Source: Sporopachydermia quercuum
Taxonomy: Eukaryota
Length of the DNA stretch: 64,000 bases
NCBI GenBank assembly: GCA_001599295.1
Contig: BCGN01000001.1
Location: 806,001 to 870,000 of the forward strand
Direction: 5' to 3'
In this document: one piece after another, positions 34,353-46,680 of the stretch
Layout of the letters: each line of letters starts with the position of its first letter
How positions within the stretch are numbered: position 1 is the first letter of the stretch
Translations under genes and position numbers: made by a program
The notes under the pieces: generated by a model
The model's database searches: none
What the model saw: only the letters and a program-made list of their open reading frames with translations
What the model was told of the DNA's origin: nothing

Positions 34353-34721
34353 TATACTATGATGATGTCTCATAACAGGGTAATTAAATGATTATTGATA
34401 ATCTGTCCCATTATAGGGCAAAATGTGTGCTCTTATCAATCATTATCACAAATTCCTTTTCAGGTAATACTACCGGAACAAAATGATAATCAATTTGTGT
34501 AAGAATTGAAAGGGTGATTGATTATTTTAGAAGAAGAACGTTTTCCCACTCGTTGTTGCATTCTTTTTACTATGTTACTATAGGCAGTTAGTTGTATTAC
34601 AACAGACTATTTCAAGACGTATGTGCTATATATTGTACTCGTTAGTTAGAACAACGGTGTAGAATATCTCTATGATAATCACATTTCGTAGGGGTTTTCA
34701 GGATTTTCTTCTAATCAAATC

Positions 34722-36098
34722 ATGGAATGGCAATCAATCTGGGTAAGCATATTCTATCCTTATCCTGGATCAATACCCTATGTTTATCAACTAAAGGCAT
34801 ACATTGCATTGTTGGTTTTGCTGCTGGTGCTTGTTGTTTACCATTTTGTTTATCTGATAGTATATGGACTTTCAATTCTGGAGATTTCAATGGTTGGCAG
34901 ATGGGAATCTTTCAACGTGAAGTACTGGGTCGAAGAACAGTTCTGGAGATTGGGAGTATTATTGATGTCAAGAAACGATGTATCTATTACTGTAACTGGT
35001 GATGAAATTCAGGGAAACTCTGCTGTTCTACTGGCCAACCATTCGTCACTAATTGACTACTTTGTGATCTATTATGTGAAGAATTTGAGACAGCAAGCGT
35101 TGAATGATAGAACTATACAATTATCATTTTTCACATGGGCAGATATATGGAGAATACCAACAGTTAAGACGTTATATCATATCATTAGATGCAATGAAAA
35201 TTGGAACCTTTCAGAGGATGATTCTGGGAGTATTTTGCTGAGAGAAATGCTAACAATACCTAACAATGAAGCAAGAGGTCCAAAATTTGTCAATTGTAAT
35301 CATACCTTCCTTTTTTCAATGACAATAGTAGCAGTGTAACCGTGGGAGTAGACACGGACTATCTGATGATGATTGACAACTGATACTAATAGTAAATTAG
35401 GGATTGCTGTATACCCAGAGGTCAATATATGGACTGAAAGGAACTTTCATGAGGTAATTTGAAACCCTTAGTTTTATTTTAATGACATGACTCTAAATCA
35501 TTAACGTTTAACTCAAAAGCAACAATATTTTTGTCAGCAAAGATACCTACCAACATTTAACAAGCTACTATACCCAAGATTCTTATCATTGAATACCATT
35601 GTAAATGCGTTAGAAATTCAAAAACAACAGGAGTCAGTAGCTCTGAACAAATCATATATGAGAAACAAGTACGAGAGTCATAGACGTTTCTGGCACAGGA
35701 AATCAATTTCTGCAAATGATAATGTTCAAAATCATCCGAGTAATGAGGTTAAAGATACTCAAAAAGCAAAATTCTATCTCATTGGTATAACTTACACTGG
35801 TACTTATATAAGGAATTCAACACTCACAGAAGGGATAACAGGACTTGTTGATGATACCCCATTCACATCACCTTCTATTTTCGAAATCTTATGTTTAAGA
35901 GCAAAAGCAGACAAAGGTAGTTTACAATTAGGGAACATACAAATCAATGTTCATATTACTGATAAAACAGATGATGTAGATGAAGAAATATTTGCTCTTG
36001 GTAGAAAGATCAAACGGAGCGAATCAAGAAGGAAAAGAAGGGTAGAAAGGTGGCTAGAAAGAAACTGGCAAGAACATGACAGAATGTTGAGTAAATAA
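34722..36098 (+). CDS. MUM3: Mum3/Cst26-like lysophospholipid acyltransferase, 3 exons (34722-35295, 35401-35453, 35520-36098), about 401 aa
   Basis: NHSSLID (HX4D motif). Splicing yields FVN|WIAVYPEVNIWTERNFHE|QQYFCQQRYLPTFNKLLYPRF and a C-terminal VERWLERNWQEHD. Near MBF1 and RNA1, as in Saccharomyces gene order. Splice sites are non-consensus; an alternative in-frame acceptor CAG ends at 35537. Confidence 0.78.
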
Positions 36099-36321
36099 TT
36101 AGCAATAGTCTTATCATTCTAACTGCTGTCATGAGAAAACAAGATTTCATATATTCGGGACAAATGTTATTCAAACACATTCATAAGAACGTACATATGA
36201 GATGGGCATTCAAAAATCGAGTTGATAGTAACAGTAATGAGCTCAAGGAGCTGGGTTTATTATAAGTTAATTAAGATGTATCACTGAAAAAAGAGGAACC
36301 TTAAATGCTTTCCGACACCCA

Positions 36322-37581
36322 CTACAGTTCAGTCTTTGCCAATTTTTCAGCCAAATTATCCACCGATTTATCCTCTTCTCGTGCAACATTGGCATCTTCT
36401 GCATATGTATCATCCTTGACTAAAGCTTCTCTTTCTTCGTCAGTTAATTCTTCCTCAGAAGATTCTTCTTCCTCTTCCTCTTCCTCTTCACTATCTTCAT
36501 CCTCCATATCATCTAATTCATCTAGTTCACCTTCAAACACTTCTTTCAACTCGTCAATCAACTCATCATCCTCAGGAATTTTATTGCCATTAATCTCAAT
36601 AGATTCTACGGAAGGCAATAAACCGTTCTTCAAAACAGTAATCAGAACAGTCAATCCTTTCTTATCAATTTCATTGTATGTGAGTTTTAAGTTCTTGAGA
36701 TTAGGAAACTTCAATTCTGAGTCAGCAATCTTACTGAATAACTTGAAAGAGCCTTTGGGCCCTAAAAGACAATCACCAATTGCTAATTCTTCTAAGGATT
36801 CATTGAACGAGCCCAAAATTTTAGACAAAGCTTTGGCTCCTTTGATAGTAAATGTGTTATCTTCTAGATTCAAGACCTTCAAATTTTCACAAGTAGATAA
36901 TCCTTTGAGCATAAGAGTTTCAATACCTTCTTGCCGGATACCATTCTGAAACAAAAATAGCTTTTCTAATTGCTTATGAACTTTCAAATAATTAGCCCAA
37001 CTATCCATTGATCCATTTTCTAATCTATTTCGACCGCATACTACAGTCAATAAAGGTCGACTTGTTTCTAAGTTCTCATTCTTCTTCTCTTCTGCCAATT
37101 TAACTAAACTTTCACCTATCCTAGCACCTGCAAAAGGACCAAATCCATTATTGGACATGATCAGATGTTGTAAAGGGGCATGCCTAGAGAGGAAATCTTC
37201 TAATGGATCAATAGCCATAAGACCAAAGGCATTGTCTGATAAATCAACAGTATGAAGATTGGAACATTTTATTAGGCCAGCAAAGATTAAGGAAAGACTT
37301 TCAGGGATTTCGTCTTTTAATCTACCAGTGAACAAATCAGCGAAATTAACAACTTCAAGGGACGGTAATTCTGCCAAAACTTTCCCTAAATACTTTGAAG
37401 CCGGAATACCAATAGTGTTCCCCGATAAGTCTAATAATTGAACGGTTGATTTCAATGATTCAGATATCAGTGGTTCTAAATGTTTAGCAATGTCTTCTTC
37501 ACTATCGAGTTTAAGAGATTCTCCTTGCAATGAAAACTTGACAAGAGAATCGTCTTCGTAAAGGTAGCTAAATGCAGACAT
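36322..37581 (-). CDS. RNA1: Ran GTPase-activating protein (LRR plus acidic tail)
   Basis: LSGNTIG, FADLFTGRL, DLSDNAFG, CGRNRLENGS and QNGIR; acidic C-terminus; ATG at 37581. Confidence 0.95.
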   Translation of the reverse strand: MSAFSYLYEDDSLVKFSLQGESLKLDSEEDIAKHLEPLISESLKSTVQLLDLSGNTIGIPASKYLGKVLAELPSLEVVNFADLFTGRLKDEIPESLSLIFAGLIKCSNLHTVDLSDNAFGLMAIDPLEDFLSRHAPLQHLIMSNNGFGPFAGARIGESLVKLAEEKKNENLETSRPLLTVVCGRNRLENGSMDSWANYLKVHKQLEKLFLFQNGIRQEGIETLMLKGLSTCENLKVLNLEDNTFTIKGAKALSKILGSFNESLEELAIGDCLLGPKGSFKLFSKIADSELKFPNLKNLKLTYNEIDKKGLTVLITVLKNGLLPSVESIEINGNKIPEDDELIDELKEVFEGELDELDDMEDEDSEEEEEEEEESSEEELTDEEREALVKDDTYAEDANVAREEDKSVDNLAEKLAKTEL

Positions 37582-39460
37582 TTTGAATCCTGACTGCAAA
37601 TTGTTGAATAACTACCGAAATTATTATTCTATCGTGATTTTCCGGTTGGATACGATCAATAAGTACAAGGATACATACAATTACCGCAAACAAGGTACAA
37701 TGTATGCACAGTAGTATCAAAATCTGAAAAATATCTACTCTATGCTGAAGCGAAAGCCTGTTGATTACTATATTACTTGAATGCACCAATACCGCCAGGG
37801 GTAAAACATGAATTTTCTACATAAAACCTTTAACAGTTTAAACAATAAGAGAAAAACTTGACAGACGAGGAAGAAAGCAAATAAACACATGAAAAAAAAA
37901 CCTACTATAAATAGTGATTACATCATAATTTATTGGATGATAAGCAATAAAAGATTATACAAGCATTTATTAGTATTTCAGGGAAATGAGATATTAAATA
38001 TCACGTGAACTGTCTCGAGATTTAGAAGGAGCGATAATTTCGATTGAAGGTAGACGACGATATTGAGCTTGATTTTAGATTATTTAGGTGTAGACAGGTA
38101 CAGAAAATTGGGAACAAATTTATAATGTACTGGTCAATACTATCTAGTGATCTTAGATGTGATTTCAAATGTCCTTAATCACATCTAGAACTTAACGACT
38201 ATGCACCCATTTGCAAGTTTATCATAGTCCGAATTTATGAATCTGCAATGTAAATTGATTTGGGAGACTTGGGAGACTTTCTGGGATGAATATTATAGCA
38301 ATTGACTAGTGATTGACCCATTAACCAGGTTCTGACACCATTTAGCTAGTTGATAGTCCGCTTAGATAAAGAGAAATTCAACGTCTGAATTCAGATAAGT
38401 GGCAAGTCAGGGAAGTTTTCAACAGCCAAATCATCATATTCAATTGATATTGATATTGAGATTGCTTCTTATTGTTTCAATGATCTGATGGCCACATTGA
38501 TCTAATTCATACAACTAACAAACAATAATAAAATATCCCAAATATTTCGGTGTGACGTATTGGTACTCTTTTGAACGAAATACGAGATGGAATATTAGGA
38601 GTTGAAGAGAACTGTGAGGCTAAGTTGGTTTGCAACGACCAGGTTATGTGCATTAGTGGAACTGAACGCGATTAAGGGGCAGCTAACACAATTGAAGTTA
38701 GCAGTTTTTAATCAAGATGTCCAGCGAGGTTATATAGCGACCCTCTGGAGTCAAAAAGGTAATTTTTGTCTGCAAATCTTATGTAAAACCAACCAGAAAA
38801 GTTCACTCGTAGCACCCCCAGCTGTTGAATAAAGTCCAAGAACCTGAAAAATGTAAACTTAAAATATAAACCTTATATGCTGAATATTCAAGGGAGATAT
38901 TTAAGACCGTAAACTCAATTGTTCCAATATTTATTTGGAAAACTAAAATTCCAATTTAAATTGGACCAAATATTTAATACGCAGCTACATTTATAGAAAA
39001 GCATCTTTATACCTACCACCGATGATCACTATCTAATTCTTTCCATCCTACACTATTTTAACCGTTTTTATAGTTCACCAAATTTCATACCTGATAACTT
39101 TATTGATACCCAAACAAACTTTATCCCTGTTTGAGCCTTTATTACCTCATCGATTTATCTTAATCAACACGTTATATTTCTGCTATATTTCTGCTACATT
39201 TCCTTCAACTATTGCATAAAATTAACCCTATAAGACTGATATTCAATATCATAATAACAAATACTATTGAATAACCAATACAAGTTCAGCTCAGCAACTG
39301 GGGACAAACCTGATAGGAGCCGATCCCAGCAATTCAACATATCGTCCATCATTTATTGGTCCGCCCTGTTCACTTAGAGGACAGATGCTCAATCGTACAG
39401 TCAACTGATCTGGCTGTCTGATCAACTTTTATAAATAAGTTTGACAATCTTTATTGAATT

Positions 39461-42400
39461 ATGGGCCTTTCATCGCATGTTAAGAGCAAGTTTGTTCAGG
39501 CTGTCAGTGATTCTCCTATTGAGATTCCTTCAAAAGTTTCCAACTTCACATCATCATTAATAGATAAGGCCGATAGGTTCATCAATATAAATCATCGTCA
39601 TGACGAAGAGCATGAAATAGTCGTAGATCTTGAAAGGGAAAAAGAGAAGAAAGCAAATCGTTTTTTGTAAGTTAAATCAACAGTTTGCTTTTATTTCAGG
39701 TGCTAGAGCAAGGCATGTGCAAGATTCAGTATTCTTGAACCGCTTTTGTTCGCTCCTCTTATCATCATCACTGCTAGTGAAAATCATTATTAACACAACA
39801 AACTAGATCATTCTGTCCTAGCACTGAAGGAAACAAATCCAAATGGTTTGCATGCGGTAAGTTCAATTTATACTATTATACTCTATTTATATTCATCATA
39901 ATACGCATAGATATGAATAATAAGTACAACTTATTAACCGAAGTACCTTGTTGTAGGCCATGACTATATGCTAGCTGTGGCAGACGCACTAGAATCAGCT
40001 CAAGATGAGATTCTAATTCTTGATTGGTGGTTATCACCAGAACTTGTACGTTGTTCAATTGCTTTTTGGTTTCTATGTATGATCATTTATAACGTAATAA
40101 CTCTAACATCATATAGTATCTGAAAAGACCTCCTGCATTAAATGAGAAGTGGAGATTAGATTATACGTTGGAAAGAGCAGCTAAAAGAGGAGTCAAGATT
40201 TATATCATTGTCTATAAGGAGGTTGAAAGCGCATTGCCATTGATTTCAGTTCATACTAAGCATTACCTTGAGAAGCTTCATCCCAACATTGTAGTAATGA
40301 GACATCCAAATCATACATTAGCTGAAGGTGTCAATATTACACTTTACTGGGCTCATCATGAGAAGCTATGCGTTGTCGATCGTCGTTTTAGTTTTATTGG
40401 TGGAATTGACTTATGTTTTGGCCGTTGGGATCTACACCATCATCCAATCAGCGACTTTGACTCTCAAGCTTCTTCTCTTGCTATTTCTGTTCCTAGAAAA
40501 GAATTTTCCAAGAAAAGGATCGCCAAGAAGATCTTCACCAGAAATAGTGCTAAGCAGTATGAAAAAGGTACCACTGAAAGTATCAGTGCCAGCTCTAAAG
40601 ACCAGAACGAATCCAGCGATTCAGAAAACGATTCGTATAGTTCGTCAGACGAAACTTACTCTGGATCCAATCAAGACACAATAGCTACTAAAGCTACCAG
40701 AGAGTTATTCTGGGGCCAAGATTATAACTCAGCAAGAATTCGCGACTTTGAAACCGTGAATAAACCTTACAACACTCAAACTATAGATCGAAGAGTTTAC
40801 CCTAGAATGGGATGGCACGATGTTGCATTTCAAGTGCAAGGACCTATTGTTGATTATTCTGTCCGTCATTTTGTTGAACGATGGGAGTTTTTACGTAGAT
40901 TCAAGTATTCTAAACGAAAGAAATATGTTTCACTGGCTAATCCTGAAGCCTTATCTCAGAAGTTTGATCAGCTGAAAGAAAGATACAATGAATTAATTCA
41001 TAGATCTGGTAATCCAGAATCAAGCCAAGCTGCCACTGATTTGAAAGGTAGCATGAAAGATAAAGTAGACTATCTAAAGAGCAAGATGAACCAGCTAACT
41101 GTTGACCAAGATGAGAAAGAAAGTGGCGGAAAGGATGAAGAGAAGAAAAGTAATGATACACCTGTTTTTGACAGTATTGATGATGATAAGGAAAATGCTA
41201 ACCAGGAGAAATTAACTGATGATATCGAAGATCCTTCTTTCATGAAAAAGATTACAAAGGATAATAGACATTTTCCTGATACTGTTCATCCAGTTGGTGA
41301 TCGTCATGAGATTGTTGGAACTGCTGACGTTCAAATGGTTCGTTCTGTTGGTGATTGGTCACATGGGTTTCTTCCTGAGAGATCTATTCAAAATGCTTAT
41401 ATTGAATTGATCAACCAAGCGAAACATTCTGTTTATATAGAAAACCAGTTTTTCATTGCTGGATCACATCAAATGGAGGATTTACCATTTGAGAATGAAA
41501 TCGGAGATGCACTAGTTACTAGAATATTAGTTGCAGCGAGAAGTAAAAAGAAATTTCGAGTGATTATTTTCATTCCTGCTATTCCTGGTTTTGCTGGTGA
41601 TTTGCAATCGGATGACGCTATTGGAACAAGAGCTATTATGAGTTTCCAGTATGCTAGTATTTCTAGAGGTGGATTAAGCATAAGACAAAGAATAGCTGCC
41701 GAGGGATTCAATCCTGATGATTATATAATGTTTTATTCTCTTAGGTCTTTCGATCGCATTAATTTCAATGGAACCGTTTGGAATTGTGATGATGTTTCCG
41801 AAACTGTGATGAAATATTCTGGAGCAAGCTTTGATTATAAAGTACCAGTCGAAGGCGATGTGGAGAAATGGAGAAAAGCAGGCATTACTAGTAAACCTCC
41901 TGGTGGAGTTGATTCTATTTCTATATCGGATACAGTACTAGCAGATGGTTCAAAATTATCTGATGAGGATTCCAAATATAAGTGGAGCAATAAAGAAACT
42001 GATGCCAAGCAAGAGAATTTTAGTTATGTCACTGAACAATTATATATTCATGCTAAGCTTTTGATTGTTGATGATGATATTGTCTTATGTGGAAGTGCTA
42101 ATATCAATGATAGAAGTCAGAATGGTAATCACGATTCTGAAATAGCAATTATTCTACAAGATAAAGATGATGTAGTTTCAATTACTGTTGACGGAGCTGA
42201 CACTAAAGTTAGCAGGATTGCATCATCATTGAGAAGATTTCTCATCAGAAAGCACTTGGGATATATCAAGCCTCAAATTATAACCGATGCTACAAGCAGT
42301 GAAGAATCTGACAAAGTGAATTATAAAGTAATGGTGTCACAGGAAAATTACGATTATGGATCAGAGCATGATAAGCTTGTGGTTGATCCTTTATGTGATG

Positions 42401-42708
42401 AATATTGGAATTTGATTCGTGATACTGCCGTTGAGAATGAGAAAGTGTACGAGAAACTATTCCATACAGTTCCTAGTAACAGTATATTGAATTGGTCTCA
42501 ATATAAAGCTTGGATAGGACAGGTACCAGTATATGGTCATTTAACAAGCGGACTATTAACTGGGGATTGGAATGACACAGTTAAGAAAGAACTTGATAAA
42601 ATCCAAGGGTTTGTTGTCCCATTTGCTTACGATTTCTTGAAAGAAGAACCCGAAATTGTACCAAAAGGTCTTACATACAATTCGGTTACTGAGAACATCT
42701 TCACTTGA
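39461..42708 (+). CDS. Phospholipase D with two HKD motifs and no PX/PH domain, 4 exons (39461-39666, 39807-39856, 39957-40045, 40117-42708), 978 aa
   Basis: Splicing gives [58 protein letters not shown] and HAKLLIVDD..GSANINDRS are present. Introns 39667-39806, 39857-39956 and 40046-40116 each have a donor, branch point and TAG. Confidence 0.92.
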
Positions 42709-42908
42709 AAATTTTTTGTTCAATAGAGTGATTTAGCGTTAGTGATTTTTATTTTTATTTTTATTTTTTTGTTTAACAGATTTGATTTGCTTTTAGTTGA
42801 GAATTATACATATAAACTAAGATAAAACGTAACCAAAGTCGCTAAACAATCGTAATATTTGGATGAATCATAAAATCATATAAGAAAAGTCTCAATATGC
42901 CATAACAA

Positions 42909-43358
42909 TTACTTCTTCTTGAATAAAGGTTCACCTATGTTCTTACCTCTTAACTTAACTCCTAAAGCTCTTTCAAGCTTACCTAATAATTGCTGATTAG
43001 GAACCGCTCGTCCACTTTCGTAATCATTGATAACATTCGCTTTCTCGTTCACTTTATTTGCCAAATCCTTTTGAGTCAATTTCTTATCTTGTCTTGCCTT
43101 AGCAATAGTTTTACCAACAGTGATGTCAATCTTTGGTGGAGGAGCAACATCATTTTCACGATCGATCTTTGTTAATCTTTGGCCTTCAGGATTAGAGACT
43201 TTATTACCTGTAGTGTATTTTTGTTCAACAGAAACAATGGCTCCGCTTCTTCTAGCTGCGTTAATTTCAGCTTGTGATCTAGCAACAGTTGCTCTTGGTC
43301 CGCCACCGCCAACTCTGGCTTTAGAACCAATGACTGTAACAGAATCCCAATCAGACAT
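42909..43358 (-). CDS. MBF1: Multiprotein bridging factor 1
   Basis: [11 protein letters not shown]...[10 protein letters not shown]...[42 protein letters not shown]. Confidence 0.97.
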   Translation of the reverse strand: MSDWDSVTVIGSKARVGGGGPRATVARSQAEINAARRSGAIVSVEQKYTTGNKVSNPEGQRLTKIDRENDVAPPPKIDITVGKTIAKARQDKKLTQKDLANKVNEKANVINDYESGRAVPNQQLLGKLERALGVKLRGKNIGEPLFKKK

Positions 43359-44349
43359 CTCTTATTCCTTTTCCGCTTTCTAAACCTATTGCAAAGTAGC
43401 TTATACTTCTTGAAAAATATCTAAACTGCTTTTTAATTGTTTTGTAAATTGATGCGTCCAAAGTCTTGATCAATCTAAACCTTTATGTGATCTATATGAT
43501 ACGAACAAGAACGTTTAGATATGATATAGATTACTGTTGATATATCAAACTTTTCAGTAATAATGACGGTACTGCAACGAAATTTCAATTATATATTAAC
43601 CAAAGCCTTCTGTTTGTATTGATTAAAGCATATAACACTCTTTTAATACTGTTTCTGCTGATGATAAATAGCAATCGTACTTGACTCATTTGTATAGTTT
43701 GTATGTCTGCCAACAGTCGTTTGCCATCGTCATCAAAATGGAGAATTCTCTGGAAACAAAACTCGACGGCTGTTGGTGAATGACCTCACGTGATGTCACA
43801 TGACTTATATGTTTTGATAATCATCCTCGCACTTTTACCTAATTAGGAGAGATGAGTGGTTATTTCTTAAATAAGAAAAATGGATTCAATATGGGACAAA
43901 TAGGTTATTGATTACGTAAATATTTGATATTTCATCTGGTATTATCTGGTGAAACTCTGATGTGATTTGTTTAGTTTACCTGTTGGTAGATAAAGGGAGT
44001 GATGAGATGATATGTAGAGAAGTAAGGGCAGAAAAATGGCAGCCGTTTAGAAAGCCCGAGGAAAATTTGTTGAGGAGGGCCGAACCAGAAGGAACTGGGA
44101 TTATAGAGATTACTGAAGAAGCCTGATATTGCAGTTAACAACAACAATTCTATTCATAGTACAGATAGAGAATCATTTTTGCTATCAAGAAACGGACACA
44201 ATAGCGTTAATCAAACTTGAATTGACAACTTACCCCTATTAATAGGTGCTTTGGAACGTGATTGAATACATATTACTGACCTTTTTCCTTTCTTTGGAAC
44301 CAATAATTACCACTAGCCAAACCAATAATCGTCCTATGCATCTCCCATT

Positions 44350-46680
44350 ATGAGTGAATCCGAACCATCAAGTAACCAGCAGGAGAAGCCAGCATTGCAG
44401 CAATCCGAATTATCACCAGTCCAATGTTTACAGGAAGCCACGAAAGTTGATTTATACGTTCCTGATCGAAATCTTTTGACTTCAATCAGTAGTAAATTAT
44501 TCTCATCCTCATCCTCACCCTCGTCATCATCATCATCAGCATCAGCATCAACTAGCTACAATATATTCGATGCTATAAACATAGATCATTTAAAAGAAGC
44601 ATCCATTGCTAAAGATGTTATTTTCTTCAACGAAAACATAAGCGTCTACATTGTAATCCAGCTATCATTAAACTCTCTTAAAGATAACAATATCATTCCT
44701 GATAATGCCCTAGAAGTATTGGAATCAGACCATGAGGCTTTAGAGTCAGTCCTTCTCACAATTATCAGAGCAGCTGCCGTCAATACAGAACTAATTCTTT
44801 CTGGAACTTCAGTTGACTCCGATACTGCATCTTTGAATTCAGGTAAAAGCGGTAGTAGTAATCTCGAGAAGAGGAAATTTCATTCCTTTTTGATCCGAAG
44901 CGAAAAATGCACGTCATCAGATTTGGAATCCATACAGTTTTCACCAGAAAATGGTTCAATTGCTGTTACATATAAGAAAAACCTTGAGGTGGCATACCCA
45001 AAATTAAGACTGGCTTCAACTAAACTTGATGCTGTTGCTGCTTTGTCTTATCATAATGTTAGTATGAGAAAACTCTTTAGAACTTTAACAGTTAATAGTG
45101 GTAGCCTATTATTTGGTTCTTCTGAATCTTTACCAGATAGTAATGGCAATGAAAATATCAGAGACCCCATCAGTAACTCAGTTAAATCAGATGAATTATC
45201 AGAAAACGACACCGATAGCGATATTCTAATCGATGAATCATGTGATTTCCTAGTATCTAATTTACTCCAGAGCTTAGATAATAACGTTGAAGATAATTTT
45301 GACAATGATTCCGACAATGTCTGTTCTCCCTTGTCAGCATTCTCAGATTTGACTATTAATCATAAAAGCCCTTATATTCCATCGACAGTTGTTAATTTCC
45401 ACTCCCAATCAGATACTCTGCATATAAGGAAGAATTCTTCCCGAATCAATAATGAGAGCGCTACTGGTAACTCTACATCAACTACAACTCACTCACATTT
45501 AGATATGGAGGGCATTAGAAAAACCAGGAGTTTCCCTGTTGTTTCAATCTTGCTCATGAGGCTGAAAAACACTAAAGCTGCTGGTTTGGAAGAATCGTTA
45601 GTATCATTACTGGAACTAGAATCGTCAATCCTTTTAACCAGACCCAACACTTCAGTCAGAAATATTCTCGTTAGAAGTATTCATCTTGAGCTCCTAGGAG
45701 GCACAGTTAAATCTGGTGATTCCCATTTCAAACCTATAATTATAGGGCCTCGCGATATTCATTCCTTGTTGTATTTCCTTGCTGATGCTGAGTTCAGCTA
45801 TTCTACCAATAATAAGAATATAGGAAAATCAAGACCAGTAACAATCACTGTAGAAAGTGTCCCTCTACCATCAAAACTTGATTTCAACACATATTTTAAG
45901 GATTCCAACTTTATCGATAGTTCAGTTGACCCTCAATCAATTGTAAGGTCTAAATGGACTACACTTGTTGATTTCAGTATAAATGCTCCACCTATAAATT
46001 CGGTTACATCAGCTGCAAACAGTGCCAGTGGTATGGGATCTTCAGCATCAAATATTAATACTAATAACAGCATCAATAGTTCTCATTCAGGATCAAACGG
46101 ATCTCAAGTGTTACCGAAAAGACGAGAACCACGGCCAATGAAAGCTCTGAGGTCTTCATCATCTAGTTTAACAGTTAACATCCTAAGCAAGACACCATTG
46201 AGTCCTTTTGCTCCTCATTCGCCTTTACAATCATCATCTACATACCTGTCAGGTTTGACAGTATCGTTTTCTGGGCCTACATCTGTTAAAGCCGGCGAAA
46301 TTGTTGAGTGGGTTGTCCTAGCTATTAATAAAAGCACTGGTAGTAAAATGGTTGGAATTTACGTATCACCAAAGGAAACTTCTGCCATTTTCCGAGGCAA
46401 TGGAGGCTTGCTTCCCCCCAGTTTAGCAGGTCAACCGGCTATTGATAATACAACATTAACGAGAATCTATTTAGGATCTAGGATTAATAGATCTGAAGTT
46501 TTATTTCTCACTAATGATGTAAGAATGGGTCCGTTGGAGCCCCAGACATGTTTTGAGGCAAAGATACATTTTCTGCCTCTTCGTTCGGGGATTTTTTCAT
46601 TAGAGGGACTACAATTAGTTGAGTTAACGTCGGGCGAGAGTTTTGAATGTGGGAAATTATTAGAAATCGTTGTGAATTGA
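44350..46680 (+). CDS. TRS65: TRAPPII-specific subunit Trs65
   Basis: C-terminal GLTVSFSGPTSVKAGEIVEWVVLAINKS...LTNDVRMGPL..CFEAKIHFLPL.SGIFSLEGLQLVEL; near MRPS35, as YGR166W/YGR165W are in S. cerevisiae. Confidence 0.8.
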   Translation: MSESEPSSNQQEKPALQQSELSPVQCLQEATKVDLYVPDRNLLTSISSKLFSSSSSPSSSSSSASASTSYNIFDAINIDHLKEASIAKDVIFFNENISVYIVIQLSLNSLKDNNIIPDNALEVLESDHEALESVLLTIIRAAAVNTELILSGTSVDSDTASLNSGKSGSSNLEKRKFHSFLIRSEKCTSSDLESIQFSPENGSIAVTYKKNLEVAYPKLRLASTKLDAVAALSYHNVSMRKLFRTLTVNSGSLLFGSSESLPDSNGNENIRDPISNSVKSDELSENDTDSDILIDESCDFLVSNLLQSLDNNVEDNFDNDSDNVCSPLSAFSDLTINHKSPYIPSTVVNFHSQSDTLHIRKNSSRINNESATGNSTSTTTHSHLDMEGIRKTRSFPVVSILLMRLKNTKAAGLEESLVSLLELESSILLTRPNTSVRNILVRSIHLELLGGTVKSGDSHFKPIIIGPRDIHSLLYFLADAEFSYSTNNKNIGKSRPVTITVESVPLPSKLDFNTYFKDSNFIDSSVDPQSIVRSKWTTLVDFSINAPPINSVTSAANSASGMGSSASNINTNNSINSSHSGSNGSQVLPKRREPRPMKALRSSSSSLTVNILSKTPLSPFAPHSPLQSSSTYLSGLTVSFSGPTSVKAGEIVEWVVLAINKSTGSKMVGIYVSPKETSAIFRGNGGLLPPSLAGQPAIDNTTLTRIYLGSRINRSEVLFLTNDVRMGPLEPQTCFEAKIHFLPLRSGIFSLEGLQLVELTSGESFECGKLLEIVVN

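Noticed and set aside
36322..36336. Rna1 C-terminal KTEL as an ER-retention signal
   Set aside because: RanGAP has no signal peptide and is cytosolic, so the match is coincidental.
36305..36949. 214-aa Ser-rich plus-strand ORF, and similar antisense ORFs over MRD1, CHC1, OCRL and LHP1
   Set aside because: These are shadow frames antisense to acidic or codon-biased genes, with no independent motifs.
43786..43804. TCACGTGA/GTCACATG as a point-centromere CDEI
   Set aside because: No very AT-rich CDEII or CDEIII follows; these are more likely ordinary bHLH (Cbf1-type) sites.
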